From Spirochaetia bacterium (lineage in GTDB: Bacteria; Spirochaetota; Leptospiria; Turneriellales; JAOUOS01), in the NCBI GenBank assembly GCA_029880285.1, contig JAOUOS010000012.1, forward strand, positions 484 through 64,483: a stretch of 64,000 nt of DNA, in the 5' to 3' direction. Below, piece after piece: positions 9,242 to 19,424 of this stretch. The number at the start of each line of letters is the position of its first letter. Positions within the stretch are counted from its first letter, which is position 1. Below the pieces are notes generated by a model. The model did not search any database, was not told where the DNA came from, and saw only the letters and a list, made by a program, of their open reading frames with translations. The translations under genes and the position numbers were made by a program.

Positions 9242-11209
9242 TTATTTAATAATCTCACCTATCTTAAAAAAAGATACTGTTTTTTGAAGATGCTCAGACT
9301 GCCCACTTAATTCTTCAGCTGTCGCGGCCAACTCTTCTGCTGATGAGGCGTTTTGCTGTGTAGCTTTATCAAGCTGACCCATGGCACTATTTATTTGACT
9401 AACGCCGCTATTTTGCTGTTCAGAAGCCGCTGTTATTTCTTGAATTAAATCTGCTGTTTTTTGTATATTTGGAACCAGTAACTCTAAAAGTTTTCCCGCT
9501 TTGTCTGCGACTTCTACGCTATCACCTGCCAATGTTCCAATTTCTTGAGCAGCTATCTGACTTCTTTCGGCGAGTTTTCTTACTTCTGATGCTACTACCG
9601 CGAATCCTTTTCCATGCTCGCCTGCTCTGGCCGCCTCAATGGCTGCATTCAATGCCAGTAAATTAGTCTGGTAGGCAATTTCTTCTATAATTGTAATTTT
9701 TTCAGCAATCTGCCTCATAGCCTGAACAGTTTCATCTACCGCCTGACCACCCTCAAAAGCATCTTTAGAGGCTTTTTGTGCAATTCCATCGGTTAATTTA
9801 GCGTTTTCTGCATTTTGTGAAATACTGGCCGACATCTCTTCAAGAGATGATGTTGTCTCTTCAACACTCGCGGCCTGCTCATTTGCCCCCTGACTCATAC
9901 TCTGCGCCGTTGAACTAAGTTCAGTTGAAGCAGAAGATACTGACTCAGCGTTATTTAATACATCTGCAATTATCTTCTTTAACTTTTCTTGCATATCACT
10001 TAAAGACTGAAGAACCTCCCCTATTTCATCTTTGCGGTTTATAATAATATTGTTTTTAAGATTACCATCTGCCATAGACTTAAAATAATTTTGAGCATTT
10101 GAAAGCGCATTAGTTATGTTTTTATTGATTATTACTGAAAAAAATAAAGCGGCCAAAATTCCCGCTATTACCGCTAGTATCGTATACCAAACTGTTTTTT
10201 CTAAATTATTAATTCGTTTATTAGTTAAATCTTCAAAAGCGGGAATAGTTTTATCGTATAAAGAAATTAAAAAGGACAAAGCCTCTGTTGCCGCATTAAA
10301 ATATACAGTCGCGCTTTTAGCTTCTTTACTAAAATCTGCATTAATAACATCATTTTCAACCATTTTAATAAAATTATTTACAGATTCTTTTGCTTTATCA
10401 TGGTCTAATTTAATTTTTTTTTCTGTCACTGACGATATCTCATATATTTTTGAAAAATTTTCATTAATAGTATTATTTAGATCTTTTATTAACACCAAAT
10501 AAGAAATAACTGTATCTCTCTGCATAACATTAATCGTGTTTTTTGCCAAAATACCTGAACCTACGGCTCTGGCTCTACCCATATATTCCATAATCCATGG
10601 TATTTTTACAGTAAATAAATCCATTAAGTAAAAGGTTGCCACTTCGGGATCCAGCGTTAAATTAGAATTATCTCCTGCTTTACCCATTAATGAATATACT
10701 TCTTCTATTAGAACACTAAATTCTTTAATCGCTATAGCCGGATCATCACCGTCTTTTACTTCGATTTTTTCAAGAATATTTTTTCTTAGCGCGTCCCATT
10801 TTACATACACATCTAGCTCTTTGCCTAATTTTTTATTGATTTTATCAACACCTTCAACAGCCTCTTGTATAAGCTTTTTCTTATCACGCATTTTTTCTTT
10901 GAAACTATTATCTCCGTTTAAATAAGCGCTGGTCATACCCCTATACTGAGGTATATGCTCAAAAAGTTTTCTAATAGGTTTAATATATTCAACACCAAGA
11001 AGCTCTTTTTTCGCGAAATCAATACCAAGCTCTTTTTTTGAAGAGATCATTTCATAAGTAACCACAGCCAGAGGTATTAAAAGAATAATTGTATTTAATA
11101 AAGATTTTTGTGAAATTTTCAATCTATTCAATAAACTTATTTTTTCATTTACTGATTCTTTGATCAATTCATTCATTAGAATTCTCCTGCATTTATTATT
11201 TTCGGACAT
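9242..11209 (-). CDS. Methyl-accepting chemotaxis protein with large helical periplasmic sensor, HAMP and MCP signalling domain
   Basis: Two TM segments flank a ~300-aa sensor region. A HAMP domain follows, then the conserved hairpin [42 protein letters not shown]. Confidence 0.9.
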   Translation of the reverse strand: MSENNKCRRILMNELIKESVNEKISLLNRLKISQKSLLNTIILLIPLAVVTYEMISSKKELGIDFAKKELLGVEYIKPIRKLFEHIPQYRGMTSAYLNGDNSFKEKMRDKKKLIQEAVEGVDKINKKLGKELDVYVKWDALRKNILEKIEVKDGDDPAIAIKEFSVLIEEVYSLMGKAGDNSNLTLDPEVATFYLMDLFTVKIPWIMEYMGRARAVGSGILAKNTINVMQRDTVISYLVLIKDLNNTINENFSKIYEISSVTEKKIKLDHDKAKESVNNFIKMVENDVINADFSKEAKSATVYFNAATEALSFLISLYDKTIPAFEDLTNKRINNLEKTVWYTILAVIAGILAALFFSVIINKNITNALSNAQNYFKSMADGNLKNNIIINRKDEIGEVLQSLSDMQEKLKKIIADVLNNAESVSSASTELSSTAQSMSQGANEQAASVEETTSSLEEMSASISQNAENAKLTDGIAQKASKDAFEGGQAVDETVQAMRQIAEKITIIEEIAYQTNLLALNAAIEAARAGEHGKGFAVVASEVRKLAERSQIAAQEIGTLAGDSVEVADKAGKLLELLVPNIQKTADLIQEITAASEQQNSGVSQINSAMGQLDKATQQNASSAEELAATAEELSGQSEHLQKTVSFFKIGEIIK

Positions 11210-11337
11210 TATAATTGAAACAAACTAGTTTTTATACGTTTTTTTTTGATTTTTTTCTATGTTATACAATTTCATTTATTAGTTTTTTCATGGCCCTAGT
11301 TATACTCAACTTTATAAACAAAGTTTAGTAGAAAATC

Positions 11338-11365
11338 TTGACCTCTTGACCTATGTTAAGATAAT
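11338..11365 (+). promoter_or_regulatory. Sigma70-like promoter for the hemerythrin gene
   Basis: TTGACC (11338-11343), a 16-nt spacer, then GATAAT (11360-11365). An AGGGGG RBS follows and the ATG is at 11393. Confidence 0.4.
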
Positions 11366-11392
11366 GGATTGAGAAAATACAGGGGGTTCAGC

Positions 11393-11800
11393 ATGTCGTT
11401 AATAAAATGGAGCAATGATTTAAGCATAAATGTACAAGAAATAGACGATCAGCATCAAAAGCTAGTAGATATGATTAATAGTCTGCATAAGGCAATGAAT
11501 GACGGTCAGTCTCAGCAGATAATCGGCAAGATTATTAAAAATATGGTTGAATACACAGAATCACATTTTCAGCTTGAAGAGAACTATTTTGAACAGTTTA
11601 ACTATGATCTTAGAGATGAACATAAAAAAGAACATGACCAATTTATTGAAAAAGCTCAAAAACTGCAAAACGATTATTTTGAGGGCAGTATAAGAATTGG
11701 TATTGAAACTATGCAATTTTTAAAAGAATGGCTTGTTGATCATATTATGGTCTCAGATAAAAAATTTGTTCAATGTTTTCATGAAAATGATATTGTATAG
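11393..11800 (+). CDS. Hemerythrin-like metal-binding protein (bacteriohemerythrin)
   Basis: WSNDLSINVQEIDDQHQKLVDMIN, HFQLEE, HKKEHDQF and WLVDHIMVSDKKF. I chose the ATG at 11393 behind the AGGGGG RBS rather than the TTG at 11369. Confidence 0.85.
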   Translation: MSLIKWSNDLSINVQEIDDQHQKLVDMINSLHKAMNDGQSQQIIGKIIKNMVEYTESHFQLEENYFEQFNYDLRDEHKKEHDQFIEKAQKLQNDYFEGSIRIGIETMQFLKEWLVDHIMVSDKKFVQCFHENDIV

Positions 11801-12025
11801 AAATAAAAAGGGTATTTGAACAACCCGTCTGCCTCATACGAAAATTTGATAATATGCTGTGTTTGATGTAACCCAGTTGTATTAATAAGTGGTCATTTTT
11901 TTTTTGACCAATTTAATATTCTTTATTACAATTTAGACAATAAATATATATTATAATGTATAATACCAAAATAGCAAAATGTCAAATAAGATAAAATCTG
12001 CTCATTTTAAGGTAACAACGACAAT

Positions 12026-13651
12026 ATGAATTATCCTGTTTGGGTTACTGAGGTTGGCGGTAATTTTTATATCGCTCTTATTTCTATATTTCATGTATAT
12101 ATTGCTCATTTTGCCATTGGCGGCGGAATTTTTCTCGTATTAACCGAGCATTACGCTTACCGCAAAAATGACACACGGCTTTTAGATTATTTAAAATTAC
12201 ACAGTAAATTTTTTGCGCTTGTAACGCTTGTTGCCGGCGCTTTAAGCGGGGTCGGTATCTGGTTTGTCGTAAGTCTGGTAAGCCCTACGGGTATAAGCGC
12301 TTTAATTCGGGTTTATGTATGGGCATGGGCCATTGAATGGGTTCTTTTTTTCGTTGAAATTATCGCTTCTATCGCGTATTATTCTTCATGGAACACTATA
12401 AGCCGCAAGCGTCATTTAACAATCGGATGGATTTATGTTGTAACCGGAATTTTATCTTTAGCTGTCATAAACGGTATTATTACTTTTATGCTGACTCCCG
12501 GCGAGTGGATTGAAACGAAAAATATTACCGATGGTTTTTTTAACCCCACGTACAAGCCATCTTTATTTCTTAGATTTTTTATCTGCATCTCACTTGCCGG
12601 TATTTACGCCCTTTTTACGACCGTAACTTTAAAAGATAAAGAGACTCGGGCAAAGCTTCTAAGATATGCCTCAATTTGGGCAATTGTTGGCGCTTTAATG
12701 ACCATACCCGGCTTTAGATGGTATTTTAGTCTGCTTCCCGAGGGCAGCGAAGAAATGTTATTATTAGGAGGTATGCCCATCGCGCAAAACGCTTATGATA
12801 TACTTACTTTCGCGGGTGTTCTACTCATAATATTTTTGCTTGTGCCTCTTTTTATACCTAGAAAATTTCACTGGAGTCTGACAATATTAATTGCGGCTTT
12901 TGCTCTTTCTGTATTTGGGGCAGCAGAATGGATTCGTGAAACAATCCGTAGACCCTATGTTATCTATGATTATTTATACGGTAATAATTTAAGGATAGAT
13001 GAATATGAAAACGTACAAAGAAAAGGCGGCATATTAAAAAACGCGCTCTGGGTAAAAGAAAAAGATGTATTGAATATAAACGCGGGCAAAGACATCTTTA
13101 GAATTGCTTGTCGAAGCTGTCATACGCTTAACGGATATAATGCCCTTGCGCCGCCTTTTGGTAAAATTGAAGAAGAATATATTTATGCTATAATTGGCAA
13201 ACTAAAACACCTTCGCGGTAAAATGCCTCCTCTGGCGGCTACTGAAGAAGAAAAACTGATCTTAGCAAAATATCTTTATGAATCGGGCAAAAAGATTAGC
13301 CAAACAGAAAAAACAGGGCATGAAGTCTTTGAGAAAAGATGTACTTTTTGCCATACTAAAGATAAATATAACGGTTTATATGATTCTTTTGAAGGCGAAG
13401 AGCTTGAAAGCATACGCGATTCAATACCAATATTAGACGAAATGGCCGAAGAAATGGTACCCTGGTTTGGCAATGACGATGAAGCCGATTTACTCGCAAA
13501 ATATATTCATTCATGGTACTTAGAAAAAAAACCTTCTTCAAAGAAAATGGACAAAGAGAAGAAAATTGAAGAAGATGAAAATAATGATGATGACACCACA
13601 GAAGAAGAGGAGAGCGAAGAAACAGATGATTCGGAGGATGAAGAAGAATGA
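12026..13651 (+). CDS. Polytopic membrane protein (CydA-like N-terminal domain) fused to dihaem cytochrome c domain with an acidic tail
   Basis: About 8 TM helices. TM1 reads ISIFHVYIAHFAIGGG and TM3 reads WAIEWVLFFVEIIASIAYYSSW. There are two CxxCH motifs (CRSCH, CTFCH) and a C-terminal D/E-rich tail. Confidence 0.6.
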   Translation: MNYPVWVTEVGGNFYIALISIFHVYIAHFAIGGGIFLVLTEHYAYRKNDTRLLDYLKLHSKFFALVTLVAGALSGVGIWFVVSLVSPTGISALIRVYVWAWAIEWVLFFVEIIASIAYYSSWNTISRKRHLTIGWIYVVTGILSLAVINGIITFMLTPGEWIETKNITDGFFNPTYKPSLFLRFFICISLAGIYALFTTVTLKDKETRAKLLRYASIWAIVGALMTIPGFRWYFSLLPEGSEEMLLLGGMPIAQNAYDILTFAGVLLIIFLLVPLFIPRKFHWSLTILIAAFALSVFGAAEWIRETIRRPYVIYDYLYGNNLRIDEYENVQRKGGILKNALWVKEKDVLNINAGKDIFRIACRSCHTLNGYNALAPPFGKIEEEYIYAIIGKLKHLRGKMPPLAATEEEKLILAKYLYESGKKISQTEKTGHEVFEKRCTFCHTKDKYNGLYDSFEGEELESIRDSIPILDEMAEEMVPWFGNDDEADLLAKYIHSWYLEKKPSSKKMDKEKKIEEDENNDDDTTEEEESEETDDSEDEEE

Positions 13652-14769
13652 ATGCGATAATTCCCGCTCCGGACCAACTTGCTATACCGGGCCCCTTTTG
13701 GCTGTTTCAGGTTTTACTTGTATTTACTTTTTTACTGCATGTATTAACCATGAATGCCTTATTAGGCGGTTCAATCATTGCCGTAGTAAGTTATTTTCGC
13801 GGCAAGGTTGACAAAAATCATCAAAAACTGGCTAAAACCATTTATTCTTATTTACCCACCGTAATTGCGACTGCCGTATCTTTTGGCGTAGCTCCATTAC
13901 TTTTTGTACAATTAATATACGGTCAATTTTTTTACACCTCTTCAATCATCTTAGGGGGAATTTGGCTTTCTGTAGTGCTATTCATCATCTTCGCTTATTA
14001 CAGTTCCTATTTTATGAAATTTAATCATGAAAAAAAAATAAACATCGCTAAATATGTATCGTTTAGCGCGCCCATTCTTTTTCTTATTGTCGCTTCTATT
14101 TTTGCCAATAATTTATCTATTTTAGAAAAACCTTTAAAATGGTACGATTTATATTTTAAATCGATTGAGTCTGGTGAAAACCCAATGTTTCATGATACCA
14201 TAATTTATCTGCGACTAACACACGTTCTTCTAGGAGCCATCGCTTTAACCGGCATTTGGATATTTTTAATAGGATACTTTAATCGAAATAAAGATGAAAA
14301 CTGGTCGGTTTGGGCAAAATCTTACGGATTAAAAATTTTTCTTTTCTCAACATTATTAAACATTGTCGCGGGAACTTTATATCTTATGGCACAGCCGCGC
14401 GAAATTATGCTTTTATTTATGGGTAAAAATATTACTTTATCAATTCTATTTATTCTTTCATTAATTATAACAGGTTTTCTATTATATATAACATATCGCA
14501 GAAAAAATGAAAAATTTCAAAAAAAAGAAATGATTATTATAACAAGTGTATTTAGTCTTTTACTTCTTTTTATGCTTATCATTCGTCACCAGGTTCGCGC
14601 GGCTTATTTGAAAGATTATTTTAAACTGGAAGCCTTAAAATTTGAATCTCAAGACGGCATGATGGCTTTATTTTTTATTTTTTTCTTAATAGGAACCGCC
14701 GTAGTTGCTTATATTATTAAAACAGCGGTTTTTTATAAACAAAAAACTGAAAATAAAAAGAAAAATTAG
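13648..14769 (+). CDS. Polytopic membrane protein, translationally coupled partner of the preceding gene
   Basis: The start overlaps the upstream stop (ATGA). It has about 10 hydrophobic helices and no motif I recognise. Confidence 0.6.
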   Translation: MNAIIPAPDQLAIPGPFWLFQVLLVFTFLLHVLTMNALLGGSIIAVVSYFRGKVDKNHQKLAKTIYSYLPTVIATAVSFGVAPLLFVQLIYGQFFYTSSIILGGIWLSVVLFIIFAYYSSYFMKFNHEKKINIAKYVSFSAPILFLIVASIFANNLSILEKPLKWYDLYFKSIESGENPMFHDTIIYLRLTHVLLGAIALTGIWIFLIGYFNRNKDENWSVWAKSYGLKIFLFSTLLNIVAGTLYLMAQPREIMLLFMGKNITLSILFILSLIITGFLLYITYRRKNEKFQKKEMIIITSVFSLLLLFMLIIRHQVRAAYLKDYFKLEALKFESQDGMMALFFIFFLIGTAVVAYIIKTAVFYKQKTENKKKN

Positions 14770-14984
14770 GCATTGGTTTCTTTATCTTACAACCTTTTTT
14801 ATGAACTATTTTCTTATTTCTTTTCTAATTAACAGTTACTTTTCATAATTATTATATTAAAAAAGAAATTTTTTTGTTATTTTTAAGTATTTTTTGTATA
14901 ATACATGAAAGAATGACATATTATCAAAAAAATCATATCTAATATATGAGTAGATAAATTCTAAGATAAAAGGAGATTCAATTT

Positions 14985-15980
14985 ATGAGAACAAAGTTCT
15001 TAACAAAAACTACTATAATTATTTTTAGCTTCAGTATTTTTATATTTTGCAGCAAAGAAAATAAAAAAGCAAACGAATTAATGAACAAAGCAAAAGAAAC
15101 AATCGGTGTTTTACCCGATAAAATGCCGGGCGCAGAAAACGATACCCCAAAAAAAATTGAACTTGGCAAGAAACTTTATTTTGAAACTAAACTTTCAATA
15201 ACGGATACTCAGTCTTGCAATAGCTGTCATCTGGTTGACAATAAAAAAGGTGGTGTTGACAACACCCAGTTCTCACCGGGAGCCAAAGGCAGTCTAGGCG
15301 GCAGAAACGCGCCTACCGTGTTAAACGCAGGATTTCACATTGCGCAATTTTGGGATGGACGCGCCCCCGATTTAAAAGAGCAGGCTAAGGGCCCTATATT
15401 AAATCCCGTTGAAATGGCCATGCCAAATGAACAAGCTGTTATCGATAAAATATCGTCGCTAGAAGATTACCAAAGCTTATTTAAAGAGGCATATCCTGAT
15501 TCTAATAATCCAATCACATATGATAATCTTGCCGATGCCATAGCGGCATTTGAGCGCACTTTAATTACAAAAGACAGATTTGACGATTTTCAAAAAGGAG
15601 ATTTAAACGCATTGAGCGAAGATGAACTTGAAGGACTAAGTTTGTTTATGAACAAATTAGATTGTACGCAATGCCACGACGGGCCTCTTCTTGGCGGTAA
15701 CAGCTATGAAAAAATGGGCGTTGAAAAACCTTATAAAAATACCAAAGACCTAGGTAGATTTGATGTTACAAAGGAAGAAGATGACAAATATTATTTTAAA
15801 GTACCCTCTCTTAGAAACATCGCTATAACCTTTCCTTATTTTCATGATGGCGGCGCGATGAGTCTTGAAGACGCTGTTAAAACAATGGCCGATATACAGC
15901 TTAATGTAAATTTAACAAAAGAACAAATTGATAAAATTGTTAAATTTTTAAAAACTCTTACGGATAAAGAAAGATTATAA
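14985..15980 (+). CDS. ccpA: Dihaem cytochrome c peroxidase (CCP/MauG family)
   Basis: Signal peptide, CNSCH and CTQCH haem motifs, and the FWDGRA and FKVPSLRNI signatures. Confidence 0.9.
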   Translation: MRTKFLTKTTIIIFSFSIFIFCSKENKKANELMNKAKETIGVLPDKMPGAENDTPKKIELGKKLYFETKLSITDTQSCNSCHLVDNKKGGVDNTQFSPGAKGSLGGRNAPTVLNAGFHIAQFWDGRAPDLKEQAKGPILNPVEMAMPNEQAVIDKISSLEDYQSLFKEAYPDSNNPITYDNLADAIAAFERTLITKDRFDDFQKGDLNALSEDELEGLSLFMNKLDCTQCHDGPLLGGNSYEKMGVEKPYKNTKDLGRFDVTKEEDDKYYFKVPSLRNIAITFPYFHDGGAMSLEDAVKTMADIQLNVNLTKEQIDKIVKFLKTLTDKERL

Positions 15981-15997
15981 AACTTGTTTAATTGTAT

Positions 15998-16048
15998 AAC
16001 CGAGAAGTGGATAAAATTACTTAACTTCTCGGTTTTCTATTATTTTTA
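15998..16048 (+). terminator. Rho-independent terminator after ccp
   Basis: A perfect 11-bp stem pairs AACCGAGAAGT (15998-16008) with ACTTCTCGGTT (16024-16034). A T-rich tract TTCTATTATTTTT follows. Confidence 0.6.
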
Positions 16049-16134
16049 ACTTAAAAATTTAACAAATCCATTTCTGTTTAATTTGCTAGTTCTTTACTGG
16101 TTTCTTTCTCGACTTCTTCTTTAGGTTTCTTGCG

Positions 16135-17706
16135 TTAAACCATTTCGGCTGCTTTTTTCAACATCTCTTCTTTTACCTGAAAGGTCTCGGTTTGTCTTCT
16201 TATGTTTTCATCAATTGTAAAAAATGATACAGTTAATTGAAGATGTTCTGCCTGACCGCTTAACTCTTCTGAGGTCGCGGCCAACTCTTCTGCTGCCGAG
16301 GCGCTCTGCTGTGTTACTTTATCAAGCTGACCCATCGCTGCATTTATTTGACTTACCCCGCTGTTTTGCTGTTCTGAGGCGGCTGTTATTTCTTGAATTA
16401 AATCGGCTGTTTTTTGTATACTAGGAACAATAACTTCAAGAAGTTTACCCGCTTTATCGGCTATTTCTACACTGTCGGCCGCGAGTGTTCCTATTTCTTG
16501 AGCTGCTGTTTGACTTCGTTCTGCCAGCTTTCGCACCTCAGACGCGACCACCGCAAAGCCCTTGCCATGCTCTCCCGCGCGTGCGGCCTCTATAGCCGCG
16601 TTTAAAGCAAGAAGATTTGTCTGATAGGCAATTTCTTCTATAATAGTAATCTTTTCAGCAATTTGTCTCATCGCGTTTACCGTTTCATCTACCGCTTTAC
16701 CACCCTCACCCGCGTCTTTAGAAGCTTTTTGGGCAATGCCGTCAGTTATTTTCGCGTTTTCTGTATTCTGTGAAATACTGGCCGACATCTCTTCAAGAGA
16801 CGAAGTAGTTTCTTCAACACTGGCTGCCTGCTCATTTGATCCCTGGCTCATACTCTGAGCGGTAGAACTTAACTCTGTGGCGGCGGCAGAAACTGACTCG
16901 GCATTATTTAATACATCTGAGATAATTTTTGAAAGATTGCTTTGCATATCGCTTAAAGCCTTAAGAAGCTGTCCTATTTCATCATTACTATGAACTATAA
17001 TTTTGTTTTTAAGGTTCCCGTCAGATATCAAATTAAAATAATCAATAGCTCTTTTTAAAGGTTTATTTATGCTACTTATAATATAAGTTAAAATAAGACC
17101 AAGCACTACAAGAGCAATAACGAACATTGCCCAGGTTAATGTTCTCGCCTCTGAAACAGCAGCGTCGCCTTTTTCTTGTATGGATTCATTATATTTTTCA
17201 AGTAAATCGCCTAAATTTTCCATTTTTACTTCTAATTTCTCAAACAATTCTTCAAATTTTTGCAATTTTTCTTCAATAAGCTCTTTATCTTCAGCATTCT
17301 TTAGAAAAACAATATCATTAGCGCCATCTATATACGCTTTTAACTGGGGTTTAACTTCACTAAGAGCGTTTCTTATATTAGAAGGAAGTTCAGCTTTTTC
17401 AAGTTCATTAATAGATTTATTAAAAGTCTCATCGTTTTCTTTTAGTGATTTTCTAACTTCGGCCAGCATATCCATATCGCCATGCTCCATTTCAAGAAGT
17501 CCGGCGAAAACATTACCGTAAATTGCCTCATGCATCATATCTGCATTCATTAGTGCTCGTATTAATCCTGAGTTTACAATGATTTTGTCCATCGCGTCAT
17601 CAATCTTGTTAAGACCTATATTGCCAACAGTTGTTGATATAAAAAAAATGATTCCGGTAAGCGCGCCCGTAAGCCACAACTTGGTTTTTATTTTTAAATT
17701 TTTCAT
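16135..17706 (-). CDS. Methyl-accepting chemotaxis protein, paralogue of 9242-11209 with a different sensor domain
   Basis: A four-helix-like periplasmic region is followed by HAMP. The signalling domain is nearly identical in protein sequence to the first MCP. Confidence 0.9.
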   Translation of the reverse strand: MKNLKIKTKLWLTGALTGIIFFISTTVGNIGLNKIDDAMDKIIVNSGLIRALMNADMMHEAIYGNVFAGLLEMEHGDMDMLAEVRKSLKENDETFNKSINELEKAELPSNIRNALSEVKPQLKAYIDGANDIVFLKNAEDKELIEEKLQKFEELFEKLEVKMENLGDLLEKYNESIQEKGDAAVSEARTLTWAMFVIALVVLGLILTYIISSINKPLKRAIDYFNLISDGNLKNKIIVHSNDEIGQLLKALSDMQSNLSKIISDVLNNAESVSAAATELSSTAQSMSQGSNEQAASVEETTSSLEEMSASISQNTENAKITDGIAQKASKDAGEGGKAVDETVNAMRQIAEKITIIEEIAYQTNLLALNAAIEAARAGEHGKGFAVVASEVRKLAERSQTAAQEIGTLAADSVEIADKAGKLLEVIVPSIQKTADLIQEITAASEQQNSGVSQINAAMGQLDKVTQQSASAAEELAATSEELSGQAEHLQLTVSFFTIDENIRRQTETFQVKEEMLKKAAEMV

Positions 17707-17781
17707 TATCTCTCCCTTTTTTTATATTAAAAAACCATTATTATTATCGTATTATAAAAGTTCTTTCTATAGTTCTTTTCT

Positions 17782-17818
17782 TTAAAGGTAGGTATTCTAT
17801 TTTTATTAAAGGTAGGTA
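17782..17818. repeat. 13-bp perfect direct repeat TTAAAGGTAGGTA x2 (24-nt period) in the MCP/OprB divergent intergenic region
   Basis: Copies at 17782-17794 and 17806-17818. Confidence 0.8.
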
Positions 17819-18024
17819 AACAGTATCAACGAAAATTTAATTTATATTTAATACATCTTCTTATTTTTTTATAAGAGATACTATTTCATGAATAGTTTTT
17901 TTTATTTTGACTTTTATTTAAATATACTATCACCAAGAATATTGCCTATTTTTTTGTCAAATTTTATTATTAAGTATATAATTATAAGTTAATACACTTA
18001 CTTAAAATAAAAGGAGAAAATTTA

Positions 18025-19296
18025 ATGAAAAAATTATTTATTACAGCCTTTATGCTGCTGTTTACTATAACAATATCAGCGCAGGAAAAAGCAGCTGTTG
18101 AACCGCAGACGAAAACAGAAGCTGCGTCAGAAACTCAAAAAAAAGAAGAATCTGAAAAAATTGCTGATTCATATCTTACGGGAGACTGGGGCGGCTCACG
18201 ACAGTCTATGGTAGATAACGGCGTTACTTTTGAAGTGGTATACCTTAGCGAAATACTGTATAACGCTGCCGGCGGTATAGAACAAGATTACGCGTGGCTG
18301 GGTAATCTTGACGTTACGCTTGATATTGACATGGGCGCTTTAGCAGGCATTAGTGGAATGCAGGTATTTTTATACGGGCTTGGCGGCCATGGTGACGCGC
18401 CTACCGAGCTTCTAGGCGACGCGCAGGCAACCAGTAACATTGAAACAGGAATGGATTATTTTAAACTTTACGAGGCCTATATTCAACAAAGTCTATTTGA
18501 TGACAAAGTCGCGATTTTAGCAGGTATGCATGATTTAAATTCAGAATTTTATGCTAACGATCCCGCGGGTGTTTTTACAAACAGCTCAATGGGTATAGGT
18601 ACCGAAATTGCCCAGGCAGGCCCTTCAATTTTTCCCGCTGTATCGCCCGCTTTAAGATTATTAATTAAACCTACTGAAAGCTATTATTTTTCAGCCGCAG
18701 GTTATAACGCCATTACAACCGATCCTGACGACCCTGAAGACGCTGGAAAAACATATGCCGATTTCTCTTTTGACAGCGGCTTTTTAACAATTGCCGAAAC
18801 AGGGCTTTATGTAGAAGGCGATTACAAATTTGCTCTTGGCGGATGGATGTTTACCGATAAGGTTATTGTTGGATTCGACGAGGCAACGACAGAACCTATA
18901 GAAGAAACCGGATACGGTGCATATTTATTGGCCGATAAAACTTTTGGCGACATATCGGTATTTGTTCGTTTTGGTATGACCAATGCTGATATTTATCCTT
19001 TTGCTTATAATATAATGGAAGGCATTGTGTTATCGGGCGCGATGTGGGGCAGAGGCGATGACTCTTTGGGTATTGGCGCGACTACTATTATCACATCGGC
19101 TCCATTCAAAAAGAGCATTGAAGATTTAGGTGGTGAAATTGACAGCCATGAAACATCTATTGAACTTACTTATATACTTCAGTTAACGCCTTGGATGGCT
19201 ATACAGCCTGATGTTCAGTATGTATTAAATCCGGGAGCTGACCCGTCAATTGATGATGCACTCGCCATGTCACTGAGAGTTGAATTGGTTTTTTAA
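18025..19296 (+). CDS. OprB-family carbohydrate-selective porin
   Basis: Signal peptide, LTGDWGGSRQ and LYGLGGHGD, and beta-barrel periodicity ending ...RVELVF. GC is visibly higher than in neighbouring genes. Confidence 0.75.
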   Translation: MKKLFITAFMLLFTITISAQEKAAVEPQTKTEAASETQKKEESEKIADSYLTGDWGGSRQSMVDNGVTFEVVYLSEILYNAAGGIEQDYAWLGNLDVTLDIDMGALAGISGMQVFLYGLGGHGDAPTELLGDAQATSNIETGMDYFKLYEAYIQQSLFDDKVAILAGMHDLNSEFYANDPAGVFTNSSMGIGTEIAQAGPSIFPAVSPALRLLIKPTESYYFSAAGYNAITTDPDDPEDAGKTYADFSFDSGFLTIAETGLYVEGDYKFALGGWMFTDKVIVGFDEATTEPIEETGYGAYLLADKTFGDISVFVRFGMTNADIYPFAYNIMEGIVLSGAMWGRGDDSLGIGATTIITSAPFKKSIEDLGGEIDSHETSIELTYILQLTPWMAIQPDVQYVLNPGADPSIDDALAMSLRVELVF

Positions 19297-19311
19297 TTCC
19301 ATTGTCTTTTA

Positions 19312-19424
19312 GTCATTCCCGTACCGCATCATAGTGCGGCATAAATTCCAACGGGAATCGACTAGAATAAAAAACTCTATAGATTCCGTGTAATAGCACG
19401 TCCCGTGACGGGGCACGGAATGAC
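19312..19424 (+). repeat. Structured intergenic repeat element, copy 1 (MITE/REP-like)
   Basis: Inverted ends GTCATTCCCGTACC and GGCACGGAATGAC. Internal hairpins include ATTCCGTG...CACGGAAT. It shares AAATTCCAACGGGAATC with the copy at 49080-49096. Confidence 0.7.

Noticed and set aside
13566-13811. 81-aa ORF spanning the junction of the two membrane protein genes
   Set aside because: It is an out-of-frame overlap with two long hydrophobic ORFs that have a clean ATGA junction. Its K/R-rich translation comes from the GAA/GAT-rich acidic-tail region read in another frame.
14915-14960. Fur/PerR-like box upstream of ccp (GAATGACATATTATC and TCATATCTAATATATGA)
   Set aside because: It matches the Fur/PerR consensus only loosely and requires a gap. 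AT-rich palindromes are expected by chance here.
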